Shown here: piece by piece, positions 46,809-55,781 of the stretch
How the letters are laid out: the number at the start of each line of letters is the position of its first letter
Position numbering within the stretch: the first letter of the stretch is position 1
The notes under the pieces: model-generated
What the model was told of the DNA's origin: nothing
Seen by the model: the letters and a program-made list of their open reading frames with translations, nothing else
Database searches by the model: none
Origin: Candidatus Levyibacteriota bacterium
GTDB lineage: Bacteria > Patescibacteriota > Microgenomatia > Levybacterales > UBA12049
Direction of reading: 5' to 3'
DNA length: 64,000 nucleotides
Assembly: GCA_016186645.1 (NCBI GenBank)
Contig: JACPLF010000003.1
Location: forward strand, 4,112-68,111
Position numbers and translations under genes: made by a program

Positions 46809-47309
46809 ATGAGTTTTAAAACTTACGCTTTTATTGATGCTTCAAATATAATTTACGGAACCCGTGATGAAGGATGGAAAGTAGATTTTAAAAAAATGAT
46901 AAAGTACCTTAAGGAACGTTTCAAATGCCGAAAAGTTTACTATTTTGCAGGTTTTGAGAAAAATAATATTAAACAAAGGAATTTTTATAAAATTTTGGAA
47001 AAGTTAGGATACGAATTGATACTCAAAAAAGTTAAAATTTATCGTCAGCCGGATGGGGGAACAACTAGAAAAGCGAATTGTGATGTTGACTTGACTTTTT
47101 ACGCCATGAGAGACATTGACCTGTTTGATAGAGCGATATTCTTTTCCGGGGATGGGGATTTTGAAATACTTCTTAAGCACTTCATTAAAATGAAGAAAGA
47201 TGTACGCGTATTTGCCAATGCAAAAAGAACAGCACGGGGAATAAAAAAGCTAAAAGGAATTCAGTTTAATGACCTTGGCGTTTTAAAGGAGACAATCAAA
47301 AGGAAATAA
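46809..47309 (+). CDS. NYN domain (LabA/DUF88) protein
   Basis: Motifs FIDASN, KANCDVDL and SGDGDF. Confidence 0.88.
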   Translation: MSFKTYAFIDASNIIYGTRDEGWKVDFKKMIKYLKERFKCRKVYYFAGFEKNNIKQRNFYKILEKLGYELILKKVKIYRQPDGGTTRKANCDVDLTFYAMRDIDLFDRAIFFSGDGDFEILLKHFIKMKKDVRVFANAKRTARGIKKLKGIQFNDLGVLKETIKRK

Positions 47310-47348
47310 AAAAAGGCGGAGATTACGAACATCGCCGCCTTACGTTTT
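47309..47348. terminator. Hairpin, possible intrinsic terminator after the NYN gene
   Basis: AAGGCGG..GAT/ATC..CCGCCTT stem with an A-run on the left. Confidence 0.45.
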
Positions 47349-47466
47349 ATAAACCTATATTAACATAGTAGTACTTAAAAATCAATAGGTGAAAACTTCC
47401 AGGTGAGAGATAAAATTCCCAACCCAATCCCATCTCTTAAATCCAAAATTCTGCTATAATCTTTTT

Positions 47467-48195
47467 ATGAATTTGTCTGTGAGTTGGAAAAGTAATTACA
47501 AGCTACCCCTGAGTTTTATAGTATTTTTTGTGCTGATGTTTTTCTTCATAGGAGAGCAGCTTGTGGCATTACCAATTTATTTAATTGGTCCGGGAATTGG
47601 TGGGGAAGGTCCCGATAAGCTTCATATACTGGATTTGGCTCTACGTGACGGGTTGCTGCATCGTCCGTTTGCCTACCTTATTATTGGCACAGTAATTTGG
47701 ATTCTGTATAGAATATTTACGTGGCCACTGGCTTGGTTTATAGGTGCGGCTCTTTGGATATTGGAACAACAGACATTAACCCCGCTTGATCAGCGCCCGA
47801 CACTTATTAATGCAATAGTCTTTACATCTACTTTCTGGGTTCTCCTTACATTAGCTCCATATTTTGTTTTTAGGTGGGTGGATAAAAAATGGGAAAGAGT
47901 AGGCAGGAAAAATATCATCTTAATTATGTTTTTAATAAATCTTTTGCTTTTTGGATTTTTTGCATATCAAATTTATGTTCTGCATAACTCATATCGTGGT
48001 TTCCATAAAGATAAAGGCCAGCAAGGCTCATCAGATTCTGTGCGAGTGCTGCCTCCAAATACCTGTCCTGACCGTTTGATTACAAAAAAAGGCAAACAAA
48101 CAGTTATCTATTGGGATGAAAGGACTCTTCCGGTATCTGCCGATGAACAAAAATGGGTGGAGCAAAATTGCCCGGGAGCGATAGAAAGTAATTAA
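47467..48195 (+). CDS. Hypothetical membrane protein
   Basis: Multiple transmembrane segments and a C-terminal Cys pair. Confidence 0.65.
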   Translation: MNLSVSWKSNYKLPLSFIVFFVLMFFFIGEQLVALPIYLIGPGIGGEGPDKLHILDLALRDGLLHRPFAYLIIGTVIWILYRIFTWPLAWFIGAALWILEQQTLTPLDQRPTLINAIVFTSTFWVLLTLAPYFVFRWVDKKWERVGRKNIILIMFLINLLLFGFFAYQIYVLHNSYRGFHKDKGQQGSSDSVRVLPPNTCPDRLITKKGKQTVIYWDERTLPVSADEQKWVEQNCPGAIESN

Positions 48196-48211
48196 TTCTG
48201 CTATAATCTTC

Positions 48212-48607
48212 TCACAACAGTTTCAAAAAGTTTTTTGGGGAGATGATTTTTGTTTTTTTATAATTTCCAAGTTTCAATACCAGTTTGTCTCCGCTTATTA
48301 AATAATCTGCTGTGGATTCCTCTGCCAGCTCCAAAAGAAAATTGTCCTGGGGATCTTTGCATATGGAAATCTTCTTTTTGGGAATAAATTTTTCGGTATT
48401 GATATCTAATGCTTCTTCAATGATTTTCAACGATTGATTTGATAAGAAAAATTTATTTTTTAGTTTGCTGATAATCTCTGTTTTCAACTCCGGTGATAGG
48501 CAGAATATGTATTTTTTATTTATCCATGCTTCAATTATTTTCCGGGGATTTCCGCCAAATAAAAAACCCGAAATAAATACATTCGTATCTACGACAACTT
48601 TATGCAT
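48212..48607 (-). CDS. PIN-family putative toxin
   Basis: Motifs VVVDTNVFIS, CKDPQDN and ISGDK. Confidence 0.88.
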   Translation of the reverse strand: MHKVVVDTNVFISGFLFGGNPRKIIEAWINKKYIFCLSPELKTEIISKLKNKFFLSNQSLKIIEEALDINTEKFIPKKKISICKDPQDNFLLELAEESTADYLISGDKLVLKLGNYKKTKIISPKNFLKLL

Positions 48608-48863
48608 TTTTTATGATCGAGTAGGCATCCTTTTCAAAGCGGGGAGTACGTAGTGATTTTTTTCTAAGATATTGTTTAAATTTTTTCTCTCCTTCACGGA
48701 AAATTTCTTTGAATTTGAGTTGAAAAAGCTGGTCGTAGGGATAGACAACTACAGAAGGATTGCTGTCTTGTACTATAACAACAGGTTCTTTTGTAGCTTT
48801 TATTTGCTCAATAAGCTTTGCCAGGCTATTCCTCGCATCGGTAATACTTATGATCTGTAACAT
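48600..48863 (-). CDS. Phd/YefM family antitoxin
   Basis: ISITDARNSLAKLI...PVVI. Promoter TTGACA-N17-TATAAT with GTACATTAT direct repeats. Confidence 0.85.
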   Translation of the reverse strand: MLQIISITDARNSLAKLIEQIKATKEPVVIVQDSNPSVVVYPYDQLFQLKFKEIFREGEKKFKQYLRKKSLRTPRFEKDAYSIIKNA

Positions 48864-48943
48864 ACATAGTACATTATATGGTACATTATGCGTTTTGTCA
48901 AGCGGCATTTTTAAATTCCAAAATTTTGCTATAATCTTCTGAT

Positions 48944-50059
48944 ATGAATTTGAGCGTTGGAATTATAGGGTTACCTAACGTTGGGAAAAGTACTTTGTTT
49001 AATGCGCTGCTGAAAAAACAGCAAGCATTTGTTGCGAATTATCCTTTTGCAACAATTGAGCCAAATGTTGGGATAGTGCCGGTGCCGGATGAACGTCTAA
49101 ATAAATTAGCGGAAATTACAAAAATTGAGGCAAAAATGTCAGAACTTCCGCCCATTAAACCCGCGACAGTGAATTTTGTAGATATTGCAGGTTTGGTAAA
49201 AGGCGCTAGTGAAGGCGCGGGGTTGGGAAATAAATTTTTGTCCCACATCAGGGAGGTTTCGATAATCGCTCATGTAGTCCGTGCGTTTGAGGATCCTAAT
49301 ATTATTCGGGAAGGAAGTGTTGGTCCAAAGGAAGATTATGAAGCGATCGAAACGGAGCTCATTCTGGCGGATCTACAAACTATCGAAGCCGCGCAAAGCC
49401 GCGTTAAAAGATTTGCAAGAGAAACGGAAAAATCAGCAATTGAAAAATTGTTTAAAGGTCTTAATGAAGGAAAACCGGCAAGAGAAATTATTTTAACACC
49501 GGAGGAGCAAGAATTTGCCAAAACATTTTTTCTTCTTTCTGGTAAACTCGAATTAATTGTATTAAACGTCGAGGAAAAAGATTATAACGAAAAATCAATC
49601 GAAGCGATTACTCAAAAATATAAGGAGATGCTGAAACAAGTTCAGCATGACAACGAAGAAAATATAGTTGTAATTTGCGCAAAGATCGAGTCGGACCTAT
49701 CGGAATTGTCAGAGGCAGAGCAGAAAGAATATCTGCAAGGATTGGGATTAAAAACTTCGGGGCTTGAAAGACTTATTCAAAAAGCATATCAGACATTGGG
49801 ATTAATTTCGTTTTTAACAGCAGGTGAAAAAGAAGTGCGTGCTTGGACCATTGAAAAAGGCATTAAAGCAGTTGATGCGGCCGGCGTAATTCACACGGAT
49901 TTTACAAAAAACTTTATAAAAGCAGAAGTTGTTGCATGCGAAGACTTTATAGGTTTAGGGGGTTGGAAAAAATCAAGAGAGTTAGGAAAAGCGTGCCTTG
50001 AAGGCCGGGATTACATCATGCAAGACGGAGATGTGGTTGAATTTAAAATTGGATCTTAA
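48944..50059 (+). CDS. ychF: Redox-regulated ATPase YchF
   Basis: Motifs GLPNVGKSTLFNA, NYPFATIEPN, DIAGLV and GLGNKFL. Confidence 0.97.
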   Translation: MNLSVGIIGLPNVGKSTLFNALLKKQQAFVANYPFATIEPNVGIVPVPDERLNKLAEITKIEAKMSELPPIKPATVNFVDIAGLVKGASEGAGLGNKFLSHIREVSIIAHVVRAFEDPNIIREGSVGPKEDYEAIETELILADLQTIEAAQSRVKRFARETEKSAIEKLFKGLNEGKPAREIILTPEEQEFAKTFFLLSGKLELIVLNVEEKDYNEKSIEAITQKYKEMLKQVQHDNEENIVVICAKIESDLSELSEAEQKEYLQGLGLKTSGLERLIQKAYQTLGLISFLTAGEKEVRAWTIEKGIKAVDAAGVIHTDFTKNFIKAEVVACEDFIGLGGWKKSRELGKACLEGRDYIMQDGDVVEFKIGS

Positions 50060-50071
50060 GCTTTACTGCAG

Positions 50072-50530
50072 TTAGCTTTCGCGAGGAATTTCTCGAACAG
50101 CTCTTCCTTGTAGCGAAGAGGGTGAGGGATTAAGTTTTGCACCAACTGGTGCAAATTCTTGTGGAGGCGCATCATCATTTTCAACTCTGAAAGTTACTTC
50201 TCTTTTTCCATTTTTAGCTTTGAACGTAACTGAATTATCTCCATTTGGGAATATCGGAAAGCTACGCATCTGGTTGGGAACAACTTGTATCTTTTCACCG
50301 GATGCGTTGTATATTTCTATTGGCTTTTTTCCTATCCATACTACTACAACTGCTGAGTGGCCGACTTCTTCGACTTGGACGTCTGCGACTTGTATCTCGC
50401 CGAACATAGGGTCATTGATGATTACTCTGCTTTTGTCAAACACTACGTTTCCCCTTTTAATAATAATGGGTTCTTTCGTCTTTTGCCAAAAGTGTCCTGT
50501 TGGTCTTTCAATTGTTTCAGATACCACCAT
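50072..50530 (-). CDS. Hypothetical (orphan) protein
   Basis: 152-aa ORF between the two ychF 3' ends. Confidence 0.55.
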   Translation of the reverse strand: MVVSETIERPTGHFWQKTKEPIIIKRGNVVFDKSRVIINDPMFGEIQVADVQVEEVGHSAVVVVWIGKKPIEIYNASGEKIQVVPNQMRSFPIFPNGDNSVTFKAKNGKREVTFRVENDDAPPQEFAPVGAKLNPSPSSLQGRAVREIPRES

Positions 50531-50566
50531 ATCCCATACTTGGATTGTAGATCAAAAAAATTCTTA

Positions 50567-50608
50567 ATGCAAGATGGGGAAGTAGTTGAGTTTAAAATCG
50601 GGCGCTAA
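50567..50608 (+). pseudogene. Duplicated 3' end of ychF
   Basis: Encodes MQDGEVVEFKIGR* versus ychF MQDGDVVEFKIGS*. 32/42 nt identical. Confidence 0.85.
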
Positions 50609-50634
50609 TTATCTATAAATTTCTACCTTTGGAC

Positions 50635-50672
50635 TATTGACAAAATTACCCGATCGGAGGAAAATGTCTGTA
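50635..50672. repeat. 38-bp CCGATCGG-core dyad, left of the PaaX-like gene
   Basis: TATTGACA-AAATTAC-CCGATCGG-AGGAAAA-TGTCTGTA. Confidence 0.85.
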
Positions 50673-50673
50673 G

Positions 50674-51306
50674 ATGGACAATGACAAAATAGACCAATTA
50701 GCAAAAATATTAGTTCGTAAAATAGATAAAGAAGTTTTTGAGAGAAAATATGCGCCCGTTAAAACAATCCTGAAGCTCGTTGGCGCCGGAGCGTTTTTAA
50801 TGGCTGCTATGATTATGCCAGGTTTGCCTTTGGCGCTCAAGCCATTTATGGATGAAAAAAGAAAAGAAGAGTATGAAGTCTGGAAGAGATTTAATATACC
50901 TTATCTAAAAAGAACGCTATTGAGATTGGAAAAGCAAAAGTTAGTTGAAATAGCAGATGAAGACAGTAGGCAAGTTGTTAAGATTACCAATCAAGGAAAA
51001 CAAAAAATTATTAAGATGGCACTGGATGAACTTACTGTTGAAAAACCGAAAATATGGGACGGAAAATGGAGACTTGTTAGTTTTGATTTACCTGAAACTA
51101 AGGCTCAACAAAGAAAAAGATTCGTAGAGTATTTGAGCGTGTGGGGGTTTTACCCCCTACATAAAAGTGTTTATTTACATGCTTATCCTTGTTTTAAGCA
51201 AGTAGAGTTTCTGAGAGAATATATGAATGTTGGAGAGTACGTCAGGAATTTTACCGTATCTAAAATAGAAAACGATAAATTATTCAAAGATTTTTTTGGA
51301 GTCTAG
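50674..51306 (+). CDS. PaaX-family wHTH + Cas2-like domain protein
   Basis: wHTH-like LKRTLLRLEKQKLV...ITNQG, then WDGKWRLVSFDLPE...GFYPLHKSVY. Confidence 0.8.
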   Translation: MDNDKIDQLAKILVRKIDKEVFERKYAPVKTILKLVGAGAFLMAAMIMPGLPLALKPFMDEKRKEEYEVWKRFNIPYLKRTLLRLEKQKLVEIADEDSRQVVKITNQGKQKIIKMALDELTVEKPKIWDGKWRLVSFDLPETKAQQRKRFVEYLSVWGFYPLHKSVYLHAYPCFKQVEFLREYMNVGEYVRNFTVSKIENDKLFKDFFGV

Positions 51307-51307
51307 C

Positions 51308-51345
51308 TCTGGACAGAATTACCCGATCGGCGAAATTTGTCCAGA
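51308..51345. repeat. 38-bp CCGATCGG-core dyad, right of the PaaX-like gene
   Basis: TCTGGACA-GAATTAC-CCGATCGG-CGAAATT-TGTCCAGA. Confidence 0.85.
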
Positions 51346-51450
51346 TTGAAGATATTTAATTTAATTAAAGATATTTGTAAAATATAAATATAGCTGTATG
51401 AATATAAGCGTAAGTGTAAAATGTGATTTGGGAAAATATAAACTGTGAAT

Positions 51451-52149
51451 ATGATAGATAAACTTAGAAAAGAGATTAAGAAAGCGGCAGATCCTAAGAA
51501 GGCGGAAGTTTCGCAGAGGTTTTTCAAGACAGGGAGGGGAGAATATGCGGAAGGGGATGTATTTTTAGGAATCACAGTTCCGGAGTCTCGCAAAATTGCA
51601 ATTAAGTTTAAAGATATTTCTTTTACCGAAATTGTTAAGCTTCTCAGATCAAAAATTCATGAAGAAAGATTAATTGCGCTTCTGGTCCTCGTTAATAATT
51701 TTAATATGGGTGATGAAAAGATGCAGGAAAAGATTTATAAATTTTATCTGAAAAATATAAAATATATAAATAACTGGGATTTTGTTGATTTGTCCGCGGA
51801 TAAAATAGTAGGCGGCTATTTGATTAGAAAACAAAAGGATATATTATTTAGACTAGCAAAATCGAAAAATATTTGGAAAAGAAGAATTTCAATAATTGCA
51901 ACTTATTATTTCATTAAAAACAATAAGTTTGAGGAAACCTTAAAAATTTCAGAGATTTTACTTTTTGATAACCATGATTTAATCCAAAAAGCAGTTGGAT
52001 GGATGCTTAGAGAAGTCGGCAATAGGGATTTGAAAATGGAAATTGGGTTTTTGAATAAACATTACAAAAAAATGCCCCGCACCATGCTTCGCTACGCCAT
52101 CGAAAAATTCCCTAAGAAGCATAGAATGTTATATTTGAAGAGAAATTGA
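51451..52149 (+). CDS. DNA alkylation repair protein (AlkD-like)
   Basis: Motifs FFKTGRGEYAEGD, NNWDFVD, QKAVGWMLRE and RTMLRYAIEK. Confidence 0.9.
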   Translation: MIDKLRKEIKKAADPKKAEVSQRFFKTGRGEYAEGDVFLGITVPESRKIAIKFKDISFTEIVKLLRSKIHEERLIALLVLVNNFNMGDEKMQEKIYKFYLKNIKYINNWDFVDLSADKIVGGYLIRKQKDILFRLAKSKNIWKRRISIIATYYFIKNNKFEETLKISEILLFDNHDLIQKAVGWMLREVGNRDLKMEIGFLNKHYKKMPRTMLRYAIEKFPKKHRMLYLKRN

Positions 52150-52197
52150 GCTTTTAAGCCTTGCTTTTTGGGCTGAAAATGTGCTAGGATTGTTTCG

Positions 52198-52473
52198 ATG
52201 AGATCATACGAATTGATTTTGGTCACAAAAACGTCTTTAACTGATACTTTGAGGAAAAAACTAATTGCAGGAGTAAAAATCTTGTTAAAAGACTTAAAAA
52301 TTGTAAAAGAGAATGAAATAGGGCAAAAAACCTTGGCTTACAAGATAAAAAGAGAAGCGAACGGATTTTATTGGGATTTTGCAATGGAGGGGGAAAAAAT
52401 CCCAGCGGATTTTGAGAAAAAACTTTTGGAAAACGACAATATTTTAAGACACTTATTGCTGAGAACTAAATAA
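52198..52473 (+). CDS. rpsF: 30S ribosomal protein bS6
   Basis: MRSYEL, LAYKI and ILRHL, in rpsF-ssb-rpsR order. Confidence 0.92.
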   Translation: MRSYELILVTKTSLTDTLRKKLIAGVKILLKDLKIVKENEIGQKTLAYKIKREANGFYWDFAMEGEKIPADFEKKLLENDNILRHLLLRTK

Positions 52474-52474
52474 G

Positions 52475-52596
52475 ATATATTGAAGTTGGATAGTCGGATA
52501 TTCTTGATCTTGAACTCTTGAATTCTTGAGATCAAGACATCAAAGATTCAAAATCAAAGACGTCAGGAATATCTAGCATCAAAAATTCTAAATTTT
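52475..52596 (+). repeat. TTCTTGA/TCAAGA inverted-array element, copy 3
   Basis: Ends immediately before the ssb ATG. Confidence 0.75.
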
Positions 52597-53121
52597 ATGG
52601 CGCGAAGTCTGAATAAGGTACAATTGATTGGAAATTTGACACGAGATCCGGAACTCCGATATACACCAAACGGCACAGCTGTTTGTAGCTTTGGTTTGGC
52701 TACCAACAGAAGCTGGAAGACAGACAGCGGAGAGAAGCACGATGAAGCAGAGTTTCACAATATTGTTTCATGGAACAAATTAGCCGAGTTGTGCAGTCAA
52801 TTTTTGGTTAAGGGCAGAAAAATATATGTTGAAGGAAGGCTTGCAACAAGAACTTGGACGGGGCAGGATGGAGCACAAAGAAACAAAACCGAAATTGTGA
52901 TCTCAGACATGATACTTTTGGATTCAAGAAGACCGGAAGGGGAAATTGAGAGTCAGCCGGCTGTTCCGGTCAAAAGTGAGGAGACAAAGGAGACAAAAGT
53001 GACAGAGGAGCCAGAGAAAGAAACGAAAAAAGTTTTAGCGGGAGAAGAAAAGAAACCAAAAGTAGAAAAAGTTGCGGAGGCGCCTGCGGAAGAGGTTGTT
53101 CCGGATGATATACCTTTCTAA
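52597..53121 (+). CDS. ssb: Single-stranded DNA-binding protein
   Basis: NKVQLIGNLTRDPE and a C-terminal DDIPF. Confidence 0.97.
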   Translation: MARSLNKVQLIGNLTRDPELRYTPNGTAVCSFGLATNRSWKTDSGEKHDEAEFHNIVSWNKLAELCSQFLVKGRKIYVEGRLATRTWTGQDGAQRNKTEIVISDMILLDSRRPEGEIESQPAVPVKSEETKETKVTEEPEKETKKVLAGEEKKPKVEKVAEAPAEEVVPDDIPF

Positions 53122-53139
53122 CAATTAACAATTGACAAT

Positions 53140-53364
53140 ATGAAGAAAACAATTAGAAAGCCAAGAAGAAAATTTTCAGTTCCAAAGGTCTGTTATTTCT
53201 GTGAGTCGAAAAAAGAGCCCTCTTTCTGGGAAATGGGAACCCTTCAGAAATTTTTAACAGAAAGAGGAAAGATTATTCCAGGATCACGAAATGGACTTTG
53301 TATCAAGCACCAAAAAAGAATGGGCTCCAGCATAAAACACTCAAGGCACTTAGCGCTGATGTGA
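53140..53364 (+). CDS. rpsR: 30S ribosomal protein bS18
   Basis: Motifs CYFC, FLTERGKI and CIKHQ. Confidence 0.93.
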   Translation: MKKTIRKPRRKFSVPKVCYFCESKKEPSFWEMGTLQKFLTERGKIIPGSRNGLCIKHQKRMGSSIKHSRHLALM

Positions 53365-53384
53365 TAAGATAAAAGGGTCCTCTT

Positions 53385-54665
53385 ATGAAGATTAAATCCT
53401 TACAGCTTATTGTAATAATTTTAATTGCAGGTTTGATAGGCTACTATGTCGGCACCAACAATGTAAAAGTCTCCTGGAAAAATTTCAAACCGTCAGCTTC
53501 TGTAATAAATAAAGAAGCACCAGCGTCTCTCTCAAATGCTGACTTTTCTATTTTTTGGAACGTTTGGGGAAAATTAGAGACGAATTACTATGATAAAACA
53601 AAACTTGATCCTCAAAAAATGTTAAATGGCGCGATCGAAGGGTTGACGGCAAGCCTTGGTGATCCTTACACAATGTATCTTCCTCCAGTGCAAAATACCA
53701 ATTTTAAAGACGGTTTGGCTGGACAATTCTCTGGGATTGGCGCAGAATTGGGAACTAAGGAAAAACAAATTATTGTAATAGCTCCCCTAGCTAGTTCTCC
53801 TGCTGAGAGAGCAGGATTAAAAGCAGGAGATTTCATACTCAAAGTCGATGGGGAATCAACCCTTGATTGGACCTTGCCCTTTACAGTTAGCAAAATTAGG
53901 GGCCCTAAAGGAACAAGCGTTACTTTGTCAATCCTGCACAAAGATTCAAGCAAGCCCTTAGATGTAAAAATCATAAGAGATACGATCACTGTAAAAAGTG
54001 TTACTGGATGGATAAAACAAATAAAGGAAATCGAAAGTATCTCAAATAAAAGTCTTAAGGATCATGAAAATGACAAAGTTGCGTATATCAAGCTTTCTCA
54101 GTTTGGTGATTCGACAAATAATGATTGGACAGCCATCGTAAATGATATTAGCCTCAAGATGCAGACAGACAAAGCAATAAAAGGTTTAATAATTGATCTT
54201 AGAAATAACCCCGGGGGATATCTTGCCGACGCAGTTTATATTTCATCTGAGTTCCTAAAACAGGGGACACCTGTTGCACTGGAGGAGAACTCTCAAGGAC
54301 AAAGACATACGCTTCCCGTAAAACGAAAAGGCCTCATGTATGATGCTCAAATTGTTGTTCTGATAAACAAAGGAAGTGCTTCCGCCAGCGAAATTGTATC
54401 AGGCGCATTGAGAGATAATAAAGTCAACGGTAAAAGCAGAGCAATTCTTGTTGGAGAAACAACATTTGGAAAAGGTACAATACAACAGGCAGATGATTTG
54501 GGAAATGGAGCAGGTCTTCATACGACTATTGCTAAATGGCTGACTCCAAATGGCATCTGGGTTAACGGCGCAGGACTTAAGCCGGATATGGAAGTTAAAT
54601 TGGATGAAAAAGACCTAAGCCGCGATTCACAGCTTGAAAAAGCAGTTCTAGAGTTGCTAGAATGA
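53385..54665 (+). CDS. Carboxyl-terminal processing protease (S41)
   Basis: DPYT, a PDZ domain, DLRNNPGG, SASASE and TFGKG. Confidence 0.93.
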   Translation: MKIKSLQLIVIILIAGLIGYYVGTNNVKVSWKNFKPSASVINKEAPASLSNADFSIFWNVWGKLETNYYDKTKLDPQKMLNGAIEGLTASLGDPYTMYLPPVQNTNFKDGLAGQFSGIGAELGTKEKQIIVIAPLASSPAERAGLKAGDFILKVDGESTLDWTLPFTVSKIRGPKGTSVTLSILHKDSSKPLDVKIIRDTITVKSVTGWIKQIKEIESISNKSLKDHENDKVAYIKLSQFGDSTNNDWTAIVNDISLKMQTDKAIKGLIIDLRNNPGGYLADAVYISSEFLKQGTPVALEENSQGQRHTLPVKRKGLMYDAQIVVLINKGSASASEIVSGALRDNKVNGKSRAILVGETTFGKGTIQQADDLGNGAGLHTTIAKWLTPNGIWVNGAGLKPDMEVKLDEKDLSRDSQLEKAVLELLE

Positions 54666-54671
54666 TAATCT

Positions 54672-55781
54672 ATGAGGAAGTTAATTTTAATTGTCGTTGT
54701 TCTGATTGCAGCATTAGCATTTTCCAATGGACTTTCTGCCTCGCTTCCTACTCTTTCTAAAATTTTCCTAAATAAAGAGATAGTTTTGCCTCCGGAGAAA
54801 GTTAAAATAGTTTCGGAAGAATCGGTGGTAATTGATATAGTTGAAAAAATCTCCCCGTCGGTTGTAACAGTTGGCGTAGAGCAGAGAATTATTAACTTCG
54901 ATCCGTTCGATCTTTTTGCGCGTCCCCAAAGTAGGCAGGAAGAACAAGATATAGGGTCTGGGTTTATTGTTTCTTCAGATGGATTGATTGTTACTAATAA
55001 GCACGTGGTTAGTGTTCCGGGAAAGTATAAAGTAATCACGCATGATGGTCAAAAATACGACGTTGAAAGCATTTATAGAGATCCTATAAATGATATAGCT
55101 ATTGTAAAAATTAATGCAACAGGATTAAAGCCGGTTGAGATGGGAGACTCGTCAAAAATAAAAGTGGGGCAGCTAGTGGTTGCGGTGGGTACTCCTTTGG
55201 GAGAATTTAGAGGCAGTGTTACACAAGGAATAGTAAGCGGAATCGGACGAGGCATAACAACAGGATCTCCCTACGGCTCCTTTGCAGAAAAACTTGACGA
55301 TGTAATACAAACAGATGCTGCTATAAATCCCGGCAACAGCGGAGGTCCGCTGGTTAACTCATCAGCTCAGGTAATTGGGGTTAATACCGCAGTTGCAAGT
55401 GGGGCGGAAAATATCGGATTTGCTCTCCCAATAAATATCATAAAGGAGAGCATTGAAAACTTCAATAAAAATGGACAGTTCAATAGGCCTTATCTTGGAA
55501 TAGCATACAAAATTTTGACTCGCGATGTGGCCGTGCTCAACGATGTCCCTCAAGGCGCATATGTTCAGGATGTTGTTAGCGATTCTCCGGCAGAAAAAGC
55601 AGGAATACAAGAAGGGGATATTATAATTGATATTGACGGAAAGAAGATAACTGAAGGTGTCAATGAAGTTGCGACTGTAATTGCAGGACACAAAATAGGT
55701 GATGTCATAAATATCAATATTTGGAGAAATGGCAAAACATCCAAAGTCAAGGCCACTTTAGTTGCAGCTCCCAATCAATAA
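54672..55781 (+). CDS. HtrA/DegP-like serine protease with PDZ domain
   Basis: Motifs GSGFI, TNKHV and QTDAAINPGNSGGPL. Confidence 0.95.
   Translation: MRKLILIVVVLIAALAFSNGLSASLPTLSKIFLNKEIVLPPEKVKIVSEESVVIDIVEKISPSVVTVGVEQRIINFDPFDLFARPQSRQEEQDIGSGFIVSSDGLIVTNKHVVSVPGKYKVITHDGQKYDVESIYRDPINDIAIVKINATGLKPVEMGDSSKIKVGQLVVAVGTPLGEFRGSVTQGIVSGIGRGITTGSPYGSFAEKLDDVIQTDAAINPGNSGGPLVNSSAQVIGVNTAVASGAENIGFALPINIIKESIENFNKNGQFNRPYLGIAYKILTRDVAVLNDVPQGAYVQDVVSDSPAEKAGIQEGDIIIDIDGKKITEGVNEVATVIAGHKIGDVININIWRNGKTSKVKATLVAAPNQ

Noticed and set aside
45940-48943. Classical integron
   Set aside because: No IntI gene and no attC-like RYYYAAC...GTTRRRY sites were seen. Reported instead as promoter duplication.
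50674-51306. Cas2-like domain as evidence of a CRISPR-Cas system
   Set aside because: There is no cas1, no other cas gene and no repeat-spacer array in the window. The wHTH fusion fits PaaX-like proteins.
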